From a virus: a stretch of DNA of 64,000 bases. The stretch lies in IMG/VR virus record IMGVR_UViG_3300045988_168118. The stretch is one strand, 5' to 3'. This document shows, in pieces, positions 13,588 through 24,008 of this stretch (position 1 is the stretch's first letter; every line of letters starts with the position of its first letter). Under the pieces are notes generated by a model that was given only the letters and a program-made list of their open reading frames with translations, did no database searches and had not been told where the DNA came from. The translations under genes were made by a program, and so were the position numbers.

Positions 13588-14994
13588 AAAGAGCAGGCTG
13601 CCAGTATCACCATAGCGAAAATTGAAGAAATATGTAAGCTTATCCCCGCACTTAATAATGAGCTAGATTGGTCAAGGGGAGCTTCTAAAAAATCAAAAGA
13701 TGATGTTAATTATATCTTTAAAAATGGTTCTTCTATTGATATATTAGCCGCTAAACAATCTTCTAGAGGCCAGCGTAGAACGGGTGGTTTAATGGAAGAA
13801 TGTGTTCTTATAGATGGAGATATATTAAATGAAATAATAATTCCTACAACAAACGTTGATAGATTATTACCAGATGGAACTAGACATAAAGAAGAAATAA
13901 TTAACAAGAGTCAAATATATATTACAACAGCTGGGTGGAAGAATTCATTCGCGTATGACAAACTGACGGAACTTTTGGTTCAGTCTATGATTGAGCCTGA
14001 TAAAGTTATGGTTATGGGTGGAACGTATGAAACGCCTGTTGCGGAAGGGCTTTTAGATGAAGATTTTGTAGATCAGCTCAAATTACAAGGTACATTTAAA
14101 GAAGATTCTTTTGATAGGGAATATCGTTCTAAATGGAGCGGAGATGCAGAAAATGCATTTTATTCTTCTGAAAAGTTTGATAGGTATAGAGTGTTATCCC
14201 AACCAGAATACGAATATAGCGGAAGAAGTAGTAAATCAGCTTATTATGTTATAGGGGTAGACGTCGGACGTATAGGCTGCACAACTGAAGCTTGCATATT
14301 CAAAGTTACCCCTCAACCGCAAGGAACGGCTTTAAAAAGTTTGGTTAATATCTATACTTATGAAGCAGAACATTTTGAGACTCAAGCAATTAATTTAAAA
14401 AAATTATTTTATAAATATAAAGCTAAAATTATCTCTATTGATGCGAATGGCTTGGGTATCGGGCTCATCGACTTCATGACAAGGGCGCAGATTGACCCAG
14501 AAACAGGAGATACTCTTCCGCCATTTGGAGTTGAGGGAGGAACATCAGAGGATGCTATTGCTCCTTACAGAAAAATTAAAGGCGGAGATGTGGAAGATAA
14601 TGCTTTATATTTAATTAAAGCAAACGCACCAATTAACACTGAAGCCTATTCATACACTCAGACTCAAATGTCTAGCGGAAAAATTAAATTTTTGAAAGAT
14701 GAGTCTGAAGCTAAAGCTAAACTAATGTCATCAAAAGTTGGTCAGAATATGGATGCGGATAAAAGAAACGAATATCTAAAACCTTTTGTTTTAACAACAA
14801 TTTTAAGAGAACAAATGCTAAATCTAGTTGAAGAAAATGAAGGAGTTAATATTATTTTAAAACAATCTTCAAGAGGTATAAAGAAAGATAAATTTTCTGC
14901 TTTTATATATGGATTATATTATATAAAGCAGGAAGAAGACCATAAGAAAAAGAAACGAAGTAGAAATATATCAGATTTTATGTTCTTTAACTAA
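13588..14994 (+). CDS. terL: Terminase large subunit, exon 2 (rest of the ATPase domain plus the nuclease domain).
   Basis: Conserved SRGQRRTGGLMEECVLIDGD, ITTAGWKNSFAYDKL and a C-terminal RNase H-like region. The first in-frame ATG is only at 13792. Confidence 0.65.
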   Translation, partial: KEQAASITIAKIEEICKLIPALNNELDWSRGASKKSKDDVNYIFKNGSSIDILAAKQSSRGQRRTGGLMEECVLIDGDILNEIIIPTTNVDRLLPDGTRHKEEIINKSQIYITTAGWKNSFAYDKLTELLVQSMIEPDKVMVMGGTYETPVAEGLLDEDFVDQLKLQGTFKEDSFDREYRSKWSGDAENAFYSSEKFDRYRVLSQPEYEYSGRSSKSAYYVIGVDVGRIGCTTEACIFKVTPQPQGTALKSLVNIYTYEAEHFETQAINLKKLFYKYKAKIISIDANGLGIGLIDFMTRAQIDPETGDTLPPFGVEGGTSEDAIAPYRKIKGGDVEDNALYLIKANAPINTEAYSYTQTQMSSGKIKFLKDESEAKAKLMSSKVGQNMDADKRNEYLKPFVLTTILREQMLNLVEENEGVNIILKQSSRGIKKDKFSAFIYGLYYIKQEEDHKKKKRSRNISDFMFFN

Positions 14995-15067
14995 AACAAA
15001 ATGGACAAATGTTTATAAAAAAGAAGAAATATTTTTAAAGTACTATGAAAAAGAAGGGAGAGTTGCT

Positions 15068-15424
15068 ATGCGAGCAAGTAGAGGTGAAATAAAAATTGAA
15101 GAAATTCTTCAAGAGTCAGGTTTGAATTTTAAAGAAGAGTATATTTTCTCTGACCTTGTAAGTTCTAGTGGTCGACCCCTCAGATTTGATTTTGCGATTT
15201 TAGACGATAATAACGAATTAGATTTTTTAATAGAGTTTCAGGGAATCCAACATTATGAGCCAAAGAGTAAATTTGGCGGAATCTCTGGATTGCGGAAGCA
15301 GCAATATAATGATATGAAGAAGAGAGAATATTGTGCTAAGCACAATATTCCTCTTGTAATCATTCCTTATTGGGATGAAGGTAGACTTGATTATGATTAT
15401 ATTATGACTGCCGCGGGATATTAA
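15068..15424 (+). CDS. DUF559 / Vsr-like PD-(D/E)xK endonuclease, possibly a free-standing homing endonuclease.
   Basis: RFDFAILDDNNELDFLIEFQGIQHYE...PLVIIPYWD matches the DUF559 core rfDF...IEvDG.qH. Lies between TerL and the portal gene. Confidence 0.5.
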   Translation: MRASRGEIKIEEILQESGLNFKEEYIFSDLVSSSGRPLRFDFAILDDNNELDFLIEFQGIQHYEPKSKFGGISGLRKQQYNDMKKREYCAKHNIPLVIIPYWDEGRLDYDYIMTAAGY

Positions 15425-15540
15425 AATTTTTATTTTAATAAATTAGATAAAATTGTATTTTATGTTATACTATACTTAGAAAGGTTAAGGTGTATATCTT
15501 GATAAATAGAGTAGCAGAAATAAAGAAGAAGGGGTTCCAA

Positions 15541-17082
15541 ATGAGTATTAATGACTCCGCAGAAGATATATATACTCAATCTTTTAATGCAGTAGACTTT
15601 TCTAAAATCAAAGTTGGAATAAAAACTTTAGATGATGCTATTGTAAACTTAGGAGAGCTAAAAAAAATTAATCCTAGGTTAGCTGATAAAAAAGAAGTTT
15701 TACGAGCTATTAATAATGGAGACTATGAAACTATGAGAGATATATCTAATTTCTTTTATAAAACTAGTGGTATTTATAATAGACTTTGTAGATATATGGC
15801 ATATTTATATAGATATGATTGGTTAATTACTCCTTATATTAATTCAGATAATTTAAAGCCAGAAAAAGTATTAGATGGATTTAATAAAGCTTTAATGTAT
15901 TTAGATAACTTTGAGGCTAAACGTTTTTTTGGGGAAGTTGCATTAAAAGTTATTAAGAATGGCTGTTATTATGGATATTTGATCCCCCAAAAAGATCGAA
16001 TGGTAATACAAGAATTGCCGCCCAAATATTGCCGTTCAAGATTTAGTGTTAATGGACGTCCTGCGGTAGAGTTTAATATGAGATTTTTTGATGAAGCATT
16101 TAGAGATACAACTCAAAAGATGAAAATGCTAAATCTGTTTCCTGCGGAATTTAAGAAAGCTTATATTCTTTACAAAGAAGGAAAATTAAAAGCTGATTTT
16201 GCTGGAGATACATCTGGGTGGTATCTATTAAACATTGATAACGTAATAAAATTTAACTTGAATGGAGATGATTTTCCAGCTTTCATTTCAGTCATTCCTG
16301 CAATTATAGATCTAGACGCCGCTCAAGAGCTAGATAGAAAAAAAATGCAACAAAAACTATTAAAAATTATCATTCAGAAAATGCCTGTTGATAAAAATGG
16401 AGATTTGGTTTTTGATGTAGAAGAAGCTCAACAGTTACATAATAACGCTGTGAAAATGTTAGGAAAGGCGATTGGAATAGATGTTTTAACTACTTTTGCT
16501 GATGTCGAAGTTGCGGATATGGCTGATAAGAGTTCCACTACTACTGTTGATGAATTGGAAAAGGTTGAGCGTGCAGTTTATAACGAAGCTGGAGTCTCTC
16601 AGATGCAATTTAATACAGATGGAAATATTGCCTTAGAAAAATCTATTTTGAATGACGAAGCTTCCATGTATAATTTATTAATTCAATTTGAAGGGTTTTT
16701 AAATACATTATTAAAGCCTTTTAATAAGAATCCAAAAAAAGTATACTATAAAGCACAGATTTTAACTACAACAATTTATAATTATAAAGAGATGGCTAAA
16801 TTATATAAAGAACAGACTCAATTAGGTTATTCTAAGATGTTACCGCAAATAGCTCTAGGTCAATCTCAAAGTTCAATTTTAGCTAATGCTTATTTTGAAA
16901 ATGATGTTTTAGATTTAGTAAATCTATTTATTCCGCCTTTAATGTCTAGCACTATGAATGTAGAGGCATTAAACCAAGCAAAACCCGCGGAAGATGGAGA
17001 AGAAAAGAAAGCGGGCAGAAAAGAAAAAGCTGATGATGAGAAAAGTGAAAAAACTATGAAAAATATAGAATCTCAAGGTTGA
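15541..17082 (+). CDS. Portal protein (putative).
   Basis: About 515 aa, directly downstream of the terminase. The start is reassigned to ATG at 15541 (MSINDSAEDIY), 7 nt after AAGGGG. The track start at 15490 is a GTG with a poor RBS. Confidence 0.55.
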   Translation: MSINDSAEDIYTQSFNAVDFSKIKVGIKTLDDAIVNLGELKKINPRLADKKEVLRAINNGDYETMRDISNFFYKTSGIYNRLCRYMAYLYRYDWLITPYINSDNLKPEKVLDGFNKALMYLDNFEAKRFFGEVALKVIKNGCYYGYLIPQKDRMVIQELPPKYCRSRFSVNGRPAVEFNMRFFDEAFRDTTQKMKMLNLFPAEFKKAYILYKEGKLKADFAGDTSGWYLLNIDNVIKFNLNGDDFPAFISVIPAIIDLDAAQELDRKKMQQKLLKIIIQKMPVDKNGDLVFDVEEAQQLHNNAVKMLGKAIGIDVLTTFADVEVADMADKSSTTTVDELEKVERAVYNEAGVSQMQFNTDGNIALEKSILNDEASMYNLLIQFEGFLNTLLKPFNKNPKKVYYKAQILTTTIYNYKEMAKLYKEQTQLGYSKMLPQIALGQSQSSILANAYFENDVLDLVNLFIPPLMSSTMNVEALNQAKPAEDGEEKKAGRKEKADDEKSEKTMKNIESQG

Positions 17083-17101
17083 TTAAATTGGAGGTAGCTA
17101 A

Positions 17102-18532
17102 ATGTCAAGAATGAGTATAGCTACAATAGATAGTCCAGAATTTATAAACGTTTCCCCATATAATCCTTTAATTTCAGAATGTGAAATTAAAGTTTTGTAT
17201 TTGGGAGAAAATAGAAATCATAGCTATATAAGTAAAGAAGTAGCTACAGAGATGGCTAATTCATTACCTGGATGTCCTATTGTAGGTTATTTTAAACAAG
17301 ATGTAAAAGATTTTGGCGATCATGGGGATCAAGTGGTAATTGATGAAAATGGAATACATTTTAATTGTCTTACAAAGCCTTATGGATTTGTAGCTCCTAA
17401 TGCTAAAATTTGGTTTCAAAAATTTGAGGATACAGACGATTTTGGAAATTCTATTATTAGAGAATATTTAATGACTACTGGGTTTTTGTGGACAGGGCAG
17501 TTTGAAGAGGCTCAAGCTGTTGTTGAGCATGGAAAACCACATTCTATGGAATTAGATGAAGATTCTTTAAAAGGAGAATGGTCAAAAAATTATAAAACAG
17601 GTATAGACTTTTTTATTATAAATGACGCAATATTTTCAAAATTATGCATTTTAGGAGACAAAGTTGAACCTTGTTTTGAGGGTTCGAACATAACAGCTCC
17701 ATATGTAAGTACATCGTTCACTAAAGTAGATGATAATTTTAAAAAAACTTTATATACTATGATGCATGAATTAAAGGATGCATTAGAAGGAGGACAAATG
17801 GCTTTAGAAAAAGATAATAAAAAAGTTTCTGATGAAAAGGACAAAAAAGAACAAAACTTTTCCGCAGAAAATCAAAATTCTACAGAGGGATTAAATCAAA
17901 CTGATTTTGTAGCTTCTGATAAAGATAAAAAAGAAAAAGAGGAAGCTAAAAAAGATCAGCCTAAAAATGATGAAACCACAAAGACAGAAGAAAATGATGA
18001 AGATAAGAAGAAAAACTTTGTAAAAAAAGAAGAGGATAAAACTGTTAAAGAAGAAAAAACTAATACAGAAGATTCTACTTCAAAGGAAGATAAAAAAGAC
18101 GATAATAAAGCATCTTCTGATGATGATGATGAAGAAGAAAAGAAGAAGAATGATAAATATACTTTATTAGAAGCTCAATATCAAAATTTACAAAGTAAAT
18201 ACTCTGCATTAGAAGAGGATTTTCAATCATTAGTAGCTTTTAAAAATCAAATTGAAAATGAGAAAAAAGATGCTTTAATTAACAGTTTTTATATGCTTTC
18301 AGATGAGGATAAGAAAGATGTAGTTACAAATAAAGCTAAATATTCTTTAGATGATATTGAAGCAAAGTTATCTGTAATTTGTGTTAGAAAGAAAGTTAAT
18401 TTTGATTTAGAAAATACCTCAAAAAATGAAAAAGATAATCCTGTTACAACTTTTAGCCTAGAAGAACAGGATAGCTCTATCCCAGCGTGGATAAATGCTT
18501 TAAAAAATACTCGAAACAGTAGAAATGATTAA
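17102..18532 (+). CDS. Scaffolding-like protein: N-terminal domain, long acidic K/E/D low-complexity linker and C-terminal coiled coil.
   Basis: Composition and position between the portal and capsid genes. RBS GGAGG. Confidence 0.35.
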   Translation: MSRMSIATIDSPEFINVSPYNPLISECEIKVLYLGENRNHSYISKEVATEMANSLPGCPIVGYFKQDVKDFGDHGDQVVIDENGIHFNCLTKPYGFVAPNAKIWFQKFEDTDDFGNSIIREYLMTTGFLWTGQFEEAQAVVEHGKPHSMELDEDSLKGEWSKNYKTGIDFFIINDAIFSKLCILGDKVEPCFEGSNITAPYVSTSFTKVDDNFKKTLYTMMHELKDALEGGQMALEKDNKKVSDEKDKKEQNFSAENQNSTEGLNQTDFVASDKDKKEKEEAKKDQPKNDETTKTEENDEDKKKNFVKKEEDKTVKEEKTNTEDSTSKEDKKDDNKASSDDDDEEEKKKNDKYTLLEAQYQNLQSKYSALEEDFQSLVAFKNQIENEKKDALINSFYMLSDEDKKDVVTNKAKYSLDDIEAKLSVICVRKKVNFDLENTSKNEKDNPVTTFSLEEQDSSIPAWINALKNTRNSRND

Positions 18533-18545
18533 GGAGGATATATAG

Positions 18546-19130
18546 ATGGCTACAACAATTAAAAGAGTTGGTTTTGGTCAAGTTGAACCTAATCATTTGT
18601 CAGCTCAAAGAACTTCTCAGATTTACGCACAATTACCAGCAAAATCTGATATTAGTATTCTTGAAAATGGTCAGTATGTAAAATATGACTATGCTAATGG
18701 AGAAGTTAATTTTACTGGCGAAGGTGAATGGATGATGGTGTTCAACGAAGTAAAATTATACGATGATAAGTGGAGAGAGTCTTATAAAGACTTTGCTATG
18801 ATTAAAGATAATTATACTGCGGGAAGCGATGATATTACTCACGATGGCTTAGGTCCGTTTAAAGGTCAGATGGTTCCGCGTGTAATTAAAACAAATGTTG
18901 GAGATATTTATACTACTAATGCTGTTGGTGCTGCAAATACAAGCGGAAAAGCAGAGTATGCTGGTATTGCTCTTGAAGTAGGAGACTTTTTAAAAGTTGA
19001 CACAACAACAGGCTTCTTAGTAAAAGATGAAACAGCAGAAGCTTCAACAGAAAGCATGCTATGGCAAGTAGTAAAAATTTATACTATGGCAGATGGACAA
19101 CCAGCTGTTAAGGTAATGAGAGTTAAATAA
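18546..19130 (+). CDS. Capsid-associated protein (decoration or minor capsid, putative).
   Basis: 194 aa with RBS AAGGAGG, immediately upstream of the major capsid gene. Confidence 0.3.
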   Translation: MATTIKRVGFGQVEPNHLSAQRTSQIYAQLPAKSDISILENGQYVKYDYANGEVNFTGEGEWMMVFNEVKLYDDKWRESYKDFAMIKDNYTAGSDDITHDGLGPFKGQMVPRVIKTNVGDIYTTNAVGAANTSGKAEYAGIALEVGDFLKVDTTTGFLVKDETAEASTESMLWQVVKIYTMADGQPAVKVMRVK

Positions 19131-19145
19131 GGAGGATTATAAGAG

Positions 19146-20174
19146 ATGGCTTTAAGTAGAAAAGATTTATTTACATTAGCTAAAACCGTAGCAAAAGCTA
19201 ATCCTTCTTCTCAGGTTGCTTATTCTTTCGGTAATGAAAAATTTAGCTATGCAGATTTAAACGATACATTAAGAAACGAATTAAGAGAAATCGCGGGAAC
19301 ATACGCACTTTATCGCGAAAATAAGAATACAATTTTTGCTCTTATGGAAGAGACTATTGATGATGTTCTTCCAAAAAAAGTATTAGAGCAATATGGTCAA
19401 TTCGCTGAAATTAAAACATTTAGTCAGGGAGACAAACCTGTATTTACTCAGAGAATTACAGTTGCTTCAAAGAGACGTGCAAAGCAATTTATTACAAAAG
19501 TTGGATTAGCAGGTATTTATGAAGTATTCAAACTGGATGGTAAATCTTATGAAGTTCCTACAAGTGCTTTTGGTGGAGCTGCTCAAATTGGATTTGAAGA
19601 ATTCTTAGATAAACGTATAGATTTCGCGGATGTTCTTGATATTATTATGGAAGGTTTGGATGAAAGCCTTTATCTTGAAATTGAAAGAGCTTTGAAAGGT
19701 GCCGTAACTAATTTACAAGCTAATAACAAGACTACTCAAGGCTCTTTTGTAGAAGCTGAAATGGATAAATTATTAGCTGTAGCAGACTCTTATGGACAAG
19801 CTACCATTTATTGTACATATGAATTCGCGGCTACTATGGTACCTGCTGAGGGTTGGATTTCAGACGCTATGAAAGACCAAAAATGGAATAACGGTTATTT
19901 AGCAAGCTATAAAGGACATAGAGTAATTGTTTTACCTCAGTCTTATGAAGATGAAACTAATAGTAAAAAAGTTATCGACCCATCTTATGCATGGATTATT
20001 CCTACTGGCGGAAATGATAAACCTGTAAAAGTTGCTCTTGAAGGACAGACTATCGTTAGAGAAATTGAAAATGCTGATATGTCAAGAGAAATTCAGGTTT
20101 ACAAGAAAATGGGTGTTGCTGCAATTATCACTAATAATATTTGCGTATATAGAAACACTAGTTTGACTCAATAA
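19146..20174 (+). CDS. Major capsid protein (putative).
   Basis: 342 aa with RBS AAGGAGG. Followed by a strong attenuator hairpin at 20183-20214, as is typical after major capsid genes. Confidence 0.5.
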   Translation: MALSRKDLFTLAKTVAKANPSSQVAYSFGNEKFSYADLNDTLRNELREIAGTYALYRENKNTIFALMEETIDDVLPKKVLEQYGQFAEIKTFSQGDKPVFTQRITVASKRRAKQFITKVGLAGIYEVFKLDGKSYEVPTSAFGGAAQIGFEEFLDKRIDFADVLDIIMEGLDESLYLEIERALKGAVTNLQANNKTTQGSFVEAEMDKLLAVADSYGQATIYCTYEFAATMVPAEGWISDAMKDQKWNNGYLASYKGHRVIVLPQSYEDETNSKKVIDPSYAWIIPTGGNDKPVKVALEGQTIVREIENADMSREIQVYKKMGVAAIITNNICVYRNTSLTQ

Positions 20175-20182
20175 TTTAATAT

Positions 20183-20214
20183 GGGGAAGATAATATATCT
20201 TCCCCAATATTTTT
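20183..20214 (+). terminator. Rho-independent terminator or attenuator after the capsid gene (ggggaagata-ata-tatcttcccc followed by a U-run).
   Basis: 10-bp stem then aatattttt. Confidence 0.6.
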
Positions 20215-20243
20215 ATATATATTTAGAGATAAAAGGAGAAAAT

Positions 20244-20813
20244 ATGTTAGAGAAAGATACTTTAATCAAAGTTATAAATAGAGATAATGGAACTGTTGGT
20301 TATACAATTCCTGACTTAGGAAATTTACATCGTAATTTTCAGCCAAGAGAAGAAAAAGAAGTTACTATGGATGAGTTGAGAAAGCTATCTTATTTACCAG
20401 GCGGAATAGTTATTTTAAAAGACTGTTTAATCATTAAAAACAAAGAGGCTTTAGAAGAATTACTTCCAGAAGTCGAGCCAGAATATTTTTATTCAGAAGA
20501 AGATATTAAAAAATTACTTTTAACAGGTTCATTAGATCAGCTTATGGATTGCTTAGACTTTGCTCCTATTGGTGTTATTGATTTAATTAAAGAGTTGGCA
20601 GTTAAGTTAAAAATTAATGATATTAGTAAGAGAGAAGCTATTTTTGAGAAGACTGGTTTTAATGTAAATAAGGCTATTGAAATTAATAAAGAAACAGATG
20701 AAAATGAAATTCCTAAAGAAAAAGCTAGAAGAACTACCCCAGTTTCTTCAACTTCAACTGCGACAGGAAGAAGAACAGCTCCGCCAAAATACAAAGTAAC
20801 AGTTACAAAATAA
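20244..20813 (+). CDS. Hypothetical head or head-tail joining protein, 189 aa.
   Basis: The start is reassigned to ATG at 20244 (MLEKDTLIKV), after RBS AAAGGAG. The track start at 20181 lies inside the terminator hairpin. Confidence 0.45.
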   Translation: MLEKDTLIKVINRDNGTVGYTIPDLGNLHRNFQPREEKEVTMDELRKLSYLPGGIVILKDCLIIKNKEALEELLPEVEPEYFYSEEDIKKLLLTGSLDQLMDCLDFAPIGVIDLIKELAVKLKINDISKREAIFEKTGFNVNKAIEINKETDENEIPKEKARRTTPVSSTSTATGRRTAPPKYKVTVTK

Positions 20814-20832
20814 AACATAAAGGGAGGCAATT

Positions 20833-21402
20833 ATGAATAATATTAATAAAACTCCTTTTTCTAAAGTTTATGATTGTTTTTTATCAACTAAGGTAACAGA
20901 CGATATGTACTTAGAATTAACTGAATTAGAGACGTTTCGTATGTTGCAAGATCTCTTGCTTTCCGCAATGTATAAATTTGAATTTCCGCGAGTTAATCTT
21001 TATGACTATGAAGAAGATTCTTTTGTAGATGAATCTACTTATAAAGGCGTTGAAAGTAACAATATAGAAGTTAAAGCTTTTATTTATTCAGGTGGTTTTT
21101 TTAATAGTTTTTTAACTCAAGAGGAAATTAACATTCTTGCGGTTTACATGGTTGTAGAGTGGATAGGATATCAGTTAGCTTCGATTGAAAATACTAGACT
21201 TAAATATAGCGGTTCAGATTTTAAATTTACTTCTCAGGCAAATCATATGCATAAATTATTAGCAATTAAGAAAGATTATGAAAGAGAAGGATTTCATTTA
21301 CAGAGATTGTATAAAAGAAGAAAAGTTGATAAAAAAGGCATTGTGCGTTCAACCTTCAATATTATTATGGAACCAATAGAGGAGGAGCGTCATGATACTT
21401 AA
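20833..21402 (+). CDS. Hypothetical head-tail connector protein.
   Basis: ORF with RBS AAGGGAGG. Confidence 0.4.
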   Translation: MNNINKTPFSKVYDCFLSTKVTDDMYLELTELETFRMLQDLLLSAMYKFEFPRVNLYDYEEDSFVDESTYKGVESNNIEVKAFIYSGGFFNSFLTQEEINILAVYMVVEWIGYQLASIENTRLKYSGSDFKFTSQANHMHKLLAIKKDYEREGFHLQRLYKRRKVDKKGIVRSTFNIIMEPIEEERHDT

Positions 21403-21697
21403 GTATGGTGCGGAAATAGATAAATCCGCTATTGATAAAAATCTAAATAGAATTACAAATCAAATCTATAAGTTATTGCCAAGTAGAGAAGAAAAATCAG
21501 ATTGGCAAAAACCATTAACTACTATTATTGAGGAGCTGGCGGGAATGGATAGATTGTTATTTGACCAGCATGAAGTTCTGTTTCCGCTCTTGTGTAAATT
21601 AGAAGGACTATTCCTACTATCAGAAGATAAAGACTTTTTTCTTTATAGAAGAACTATCTTTGAATGTTTAGGATTGATAAATAATATAAAGATATGA
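21392..21697 (+). CDS. Hypothetical head-tail joining protein, 101 aa.
   Basis: Overlaps both neighbours, with an ATGA overlap at 21694. Confidence 0.4.
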   Translation: MILKYGAEIDKSAIDKNLNRITNQIYKLLPSREEKSDWQKPLTTIIEELAGMDRLLFDQHEVLFPLLCKLEGLFLLSEDKDFFLYRRTIFECLGLINNIKI

Positions 21698-22653
21698 ATG
21701 GATTAGATAATTTAAAAACTAGACTTAATTATTATGGCGGAAGTAAGGAACAAAGGCTTATTAATGATAAGCTCAGGTCATTAAAAAAAGCTATGTATTC
21801 TTATCAAGGTCAAACCGCGATTCTTGAAGATGGACGAGAGTTTAAGTGCTTAATTAACCCAAATAAATTAAATCCAGATTATGATAATAAAATACTTTCT
21901 ATACCTTATAGAGATGTATGTTTAAATAAAAGTAGACTAGGGAAAACTTCTGAAGCAGAAGAGGAGTTGGGGATAAAGTCTGGAGACATTATCTCTTGGA
22001 AAGAGACTAATACTAAATGGATTATTTATTTACCTTTTTTAGAAGAAGTTGCTTATTTTAGAGCGGAGATTAGAAAGTGCGAGGCTCAAGCTGAATTAAA
22101 CGGGAAGAAATATTGGATTTATATTAGAGGCCCTGTAGAAACTACTATTCAATGGAATAAAAAGAATAATACAGTTTGGAATGACTTAAATAATACCTTA
22201 GTTTTTTATATTACTAAGAATAAGGAAACTTTAGATTTTTTTCATAGATTTAAGTTATTGAAGATAGAAGGACAAACTTGGGAAGTCCAAGACACGAATA
22301 TCTTTTATGGGGAAGGTATTATTAAAGTTACTGTAAAAGAATATTATGAGAATCCGCTTCAAGATTATTATGAAGAGAGAGAAAAAGAAAAAAAAGAAGA
22401 TTCAACAACAGAATCTGATATAGCCGGAGATGTTGAAGTATATCCATATGATATAAAGGAATATTCTTTAAAAGGAGATTTTAAAGAAGGCACTTGGAGT
22501 ATAAATAATAATAAAGCAAAAATTATAGAAATAAAAGATAATTCTGCTATTGTAGAAGTAGTAACTGGAAAAAGTGGAGAATTTATTTTGGCTTACAGTG
22601 AAAAAGATCAAGGAAAAGTTTTAACTTTAAAAGTAAAAATCAATTCTTTGTAA
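21694..22653 (+). CDS. Hypothetical structural protein, 319 aa.
   Basis: ORF translationally coupled to the preceding gene. Confidence 0.4.
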   Translation: MNGLDNLKTRLNYYGGSKEQRLINDKLRSLKKAMYSYQGQTAILEDGREFKCLINPNKLNPDYDNKILSIPYRDVCLNKSRLGKTSEAEEELGIKSGDIISWKETNTKWIIYLPFLEEVAYFRAEIRKCEAQAELNGKKYWIYIRGPVETTIQWNKKNNTVWNDLNNTLVFYITKNKETLDFFHRFKLLKIEGQTWEVQDTNIFYGEGIIKVTVKEYYENPLQDYYEEREKEKKEDSTTESDIAGDVEVYPYDIKEYSLKGDFKEGTWSINNNKAKIIEIKDNSAIVEVVTGKSGEFILAYSEKDQGKVLTLKVKINSL

Positions 22654-22680
22654 AATATAAATGGAGATAAAAGGAGTAAT

Positions 22681-23265
22681 ATGAAAAGAAATTTAGCCGT
22701 AACGAATATTCAATCATCTTTTCTCTCTTGTGAAAAAGATACTGAAAGAATATTAAAAAAGCTTTTTGTTGAAAGTAAACCTTATAGTGATGATCTAAAA
22801 AGACTTTTGGTAATAAACACTAAAGATTGTTTAGATAATAAAGAAGATGAACAGTATAAAAAAAGATTAACTGAAATGACTCTTGGAAAAATGATTGAGC
22901 AGGGTTATGTTAAATTAAAACCTAAGCTTAGACTTCCTGAACATGAAGAAATTAAATCTTATATAATTGTTTCTTATGATAATTTTACACCCAATAGAAC
23001 AAATCCAGAATTTAGAGATTGTACGATTAATTTTGACGTATTATGTCATACTGATTATTGGGATATAGGAAACTATAGAGTGAGACCGCTTAAAATTTGC
23101 GGTTATATAGATGGGCTTTTGAATAATACAAAATTAACAGGAATTGGAGAATTGCAGTTGGTAAGATGTAATGAATTGCTTTTAGATGAAGACTTAAGCG
23201 GATATAGTTTAACTTATAAAGCAATTCATGGCAGTGATGATAAGATTCCTTCTGAGGAAGAATAA
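22681..23265 (+). CDS. Hypothetical structural protein, 194 aa.
   Basis: RBS AAAAGGAG. Confidence 0.4.
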   Translation: MKRNLAVTNIQSSFLSCEKDTERILKKLFVESKPYSDDLKRLLVINTKDCLDNKEDEQYKKRLTEMTLGKMIEQGYVKLKPKLRLPEHEEIKSYIIVSYDNFTPNRTNPEFRDCTINFDVLCHTDYWDIGNYRVRPLKICGYIDGLLNNTKLTGIGELQLVRCNELLLDEDLSGYSLTYKAIHGSDDKIPSEEE

Positions 23266-24008
23266 TGAATAATGATTTACTTTTATTGTCTGGTAATGAT
23301 ATTGCTTTTACAGAAGCTCAACTCACTGTACATCAACCTATTATTAAAGAAATTGCTTATATTGGAGAAGAAACTTTTTTTATGGGATGCGAATTTCTAA
23401 ATTTTTCAAAAGATAATTTAAGTAAAGAGGACAAAGTTAATTTAAGAAATAAAACTAATTTTGAAATATTAATGTCAATAATGAAAAGCAAAAATGTTAT
23501 TGCCCAACAGAATAAAAACTGTGCTCTATTAGTGCTAATGTTATTATTCCCAGAATATAGTTTATCATTAGATATGTTTATGGAACAAATTGTTCTAAAA
23601 AAAGATGGAAAAGAATATTTTATCAATAATAAAAATTATGAAGCATTTAAAAGTATTCTAATCTCTGTCTTTTGTTTAGATAAAAACAAAGATGATGTAT
23701 CTTCATATAATCCTGGTAATGACGCAGCTAGAAAAATCGCGGAAAAGCTGAAAAAAGGTCGAGCTAAAGTTGCATCTTTAAAAGGTGATTCTCAAAAAAT
23801 TTCTATTTTAGAAAGATATATTTCTATCTTAGCTGTTGGAGAAAATAAAGATATAAATTCTTTAATGCAATATACTGTTTATCAATTATTTGACGAGTTC
23901 CAGCGGTTTGAACTAAAGCAAAGCCATGATACATACCTTAAGGCTAAATTAGCTGGAGCTAAAGATTTGGATGAAGTAGAAAATTGGATGAAAAATATCC
24001 ATCCATAA
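23265..24008 (+). CDS. Hypothetical structural protein, 247 aa.
   Basis: ATGA-type overlap with the previous gene. Confidence 0.4.
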   Translation: MNNDLLLLSGNDIAFTEAQLTVHQPIIKEIAYIGEETFFMGCEFLNFSKDNLSKEDKVNLRNKTNFEILMSIMKSKNVIAQQNKNCALLVLMLLFPEYSLSLDMFMEQIVLKKDGKEYFINNKNYEAFKSILISVFCLDKNKDDVSSYNPGNDAARKIAEKLKKGRAKVASLKGDSQKISILERYISILAVGENKDINSLMQYTVYQLFDEFQRFELKQSHDTYLKAKLAGAKDLDEVENWMKNIHP

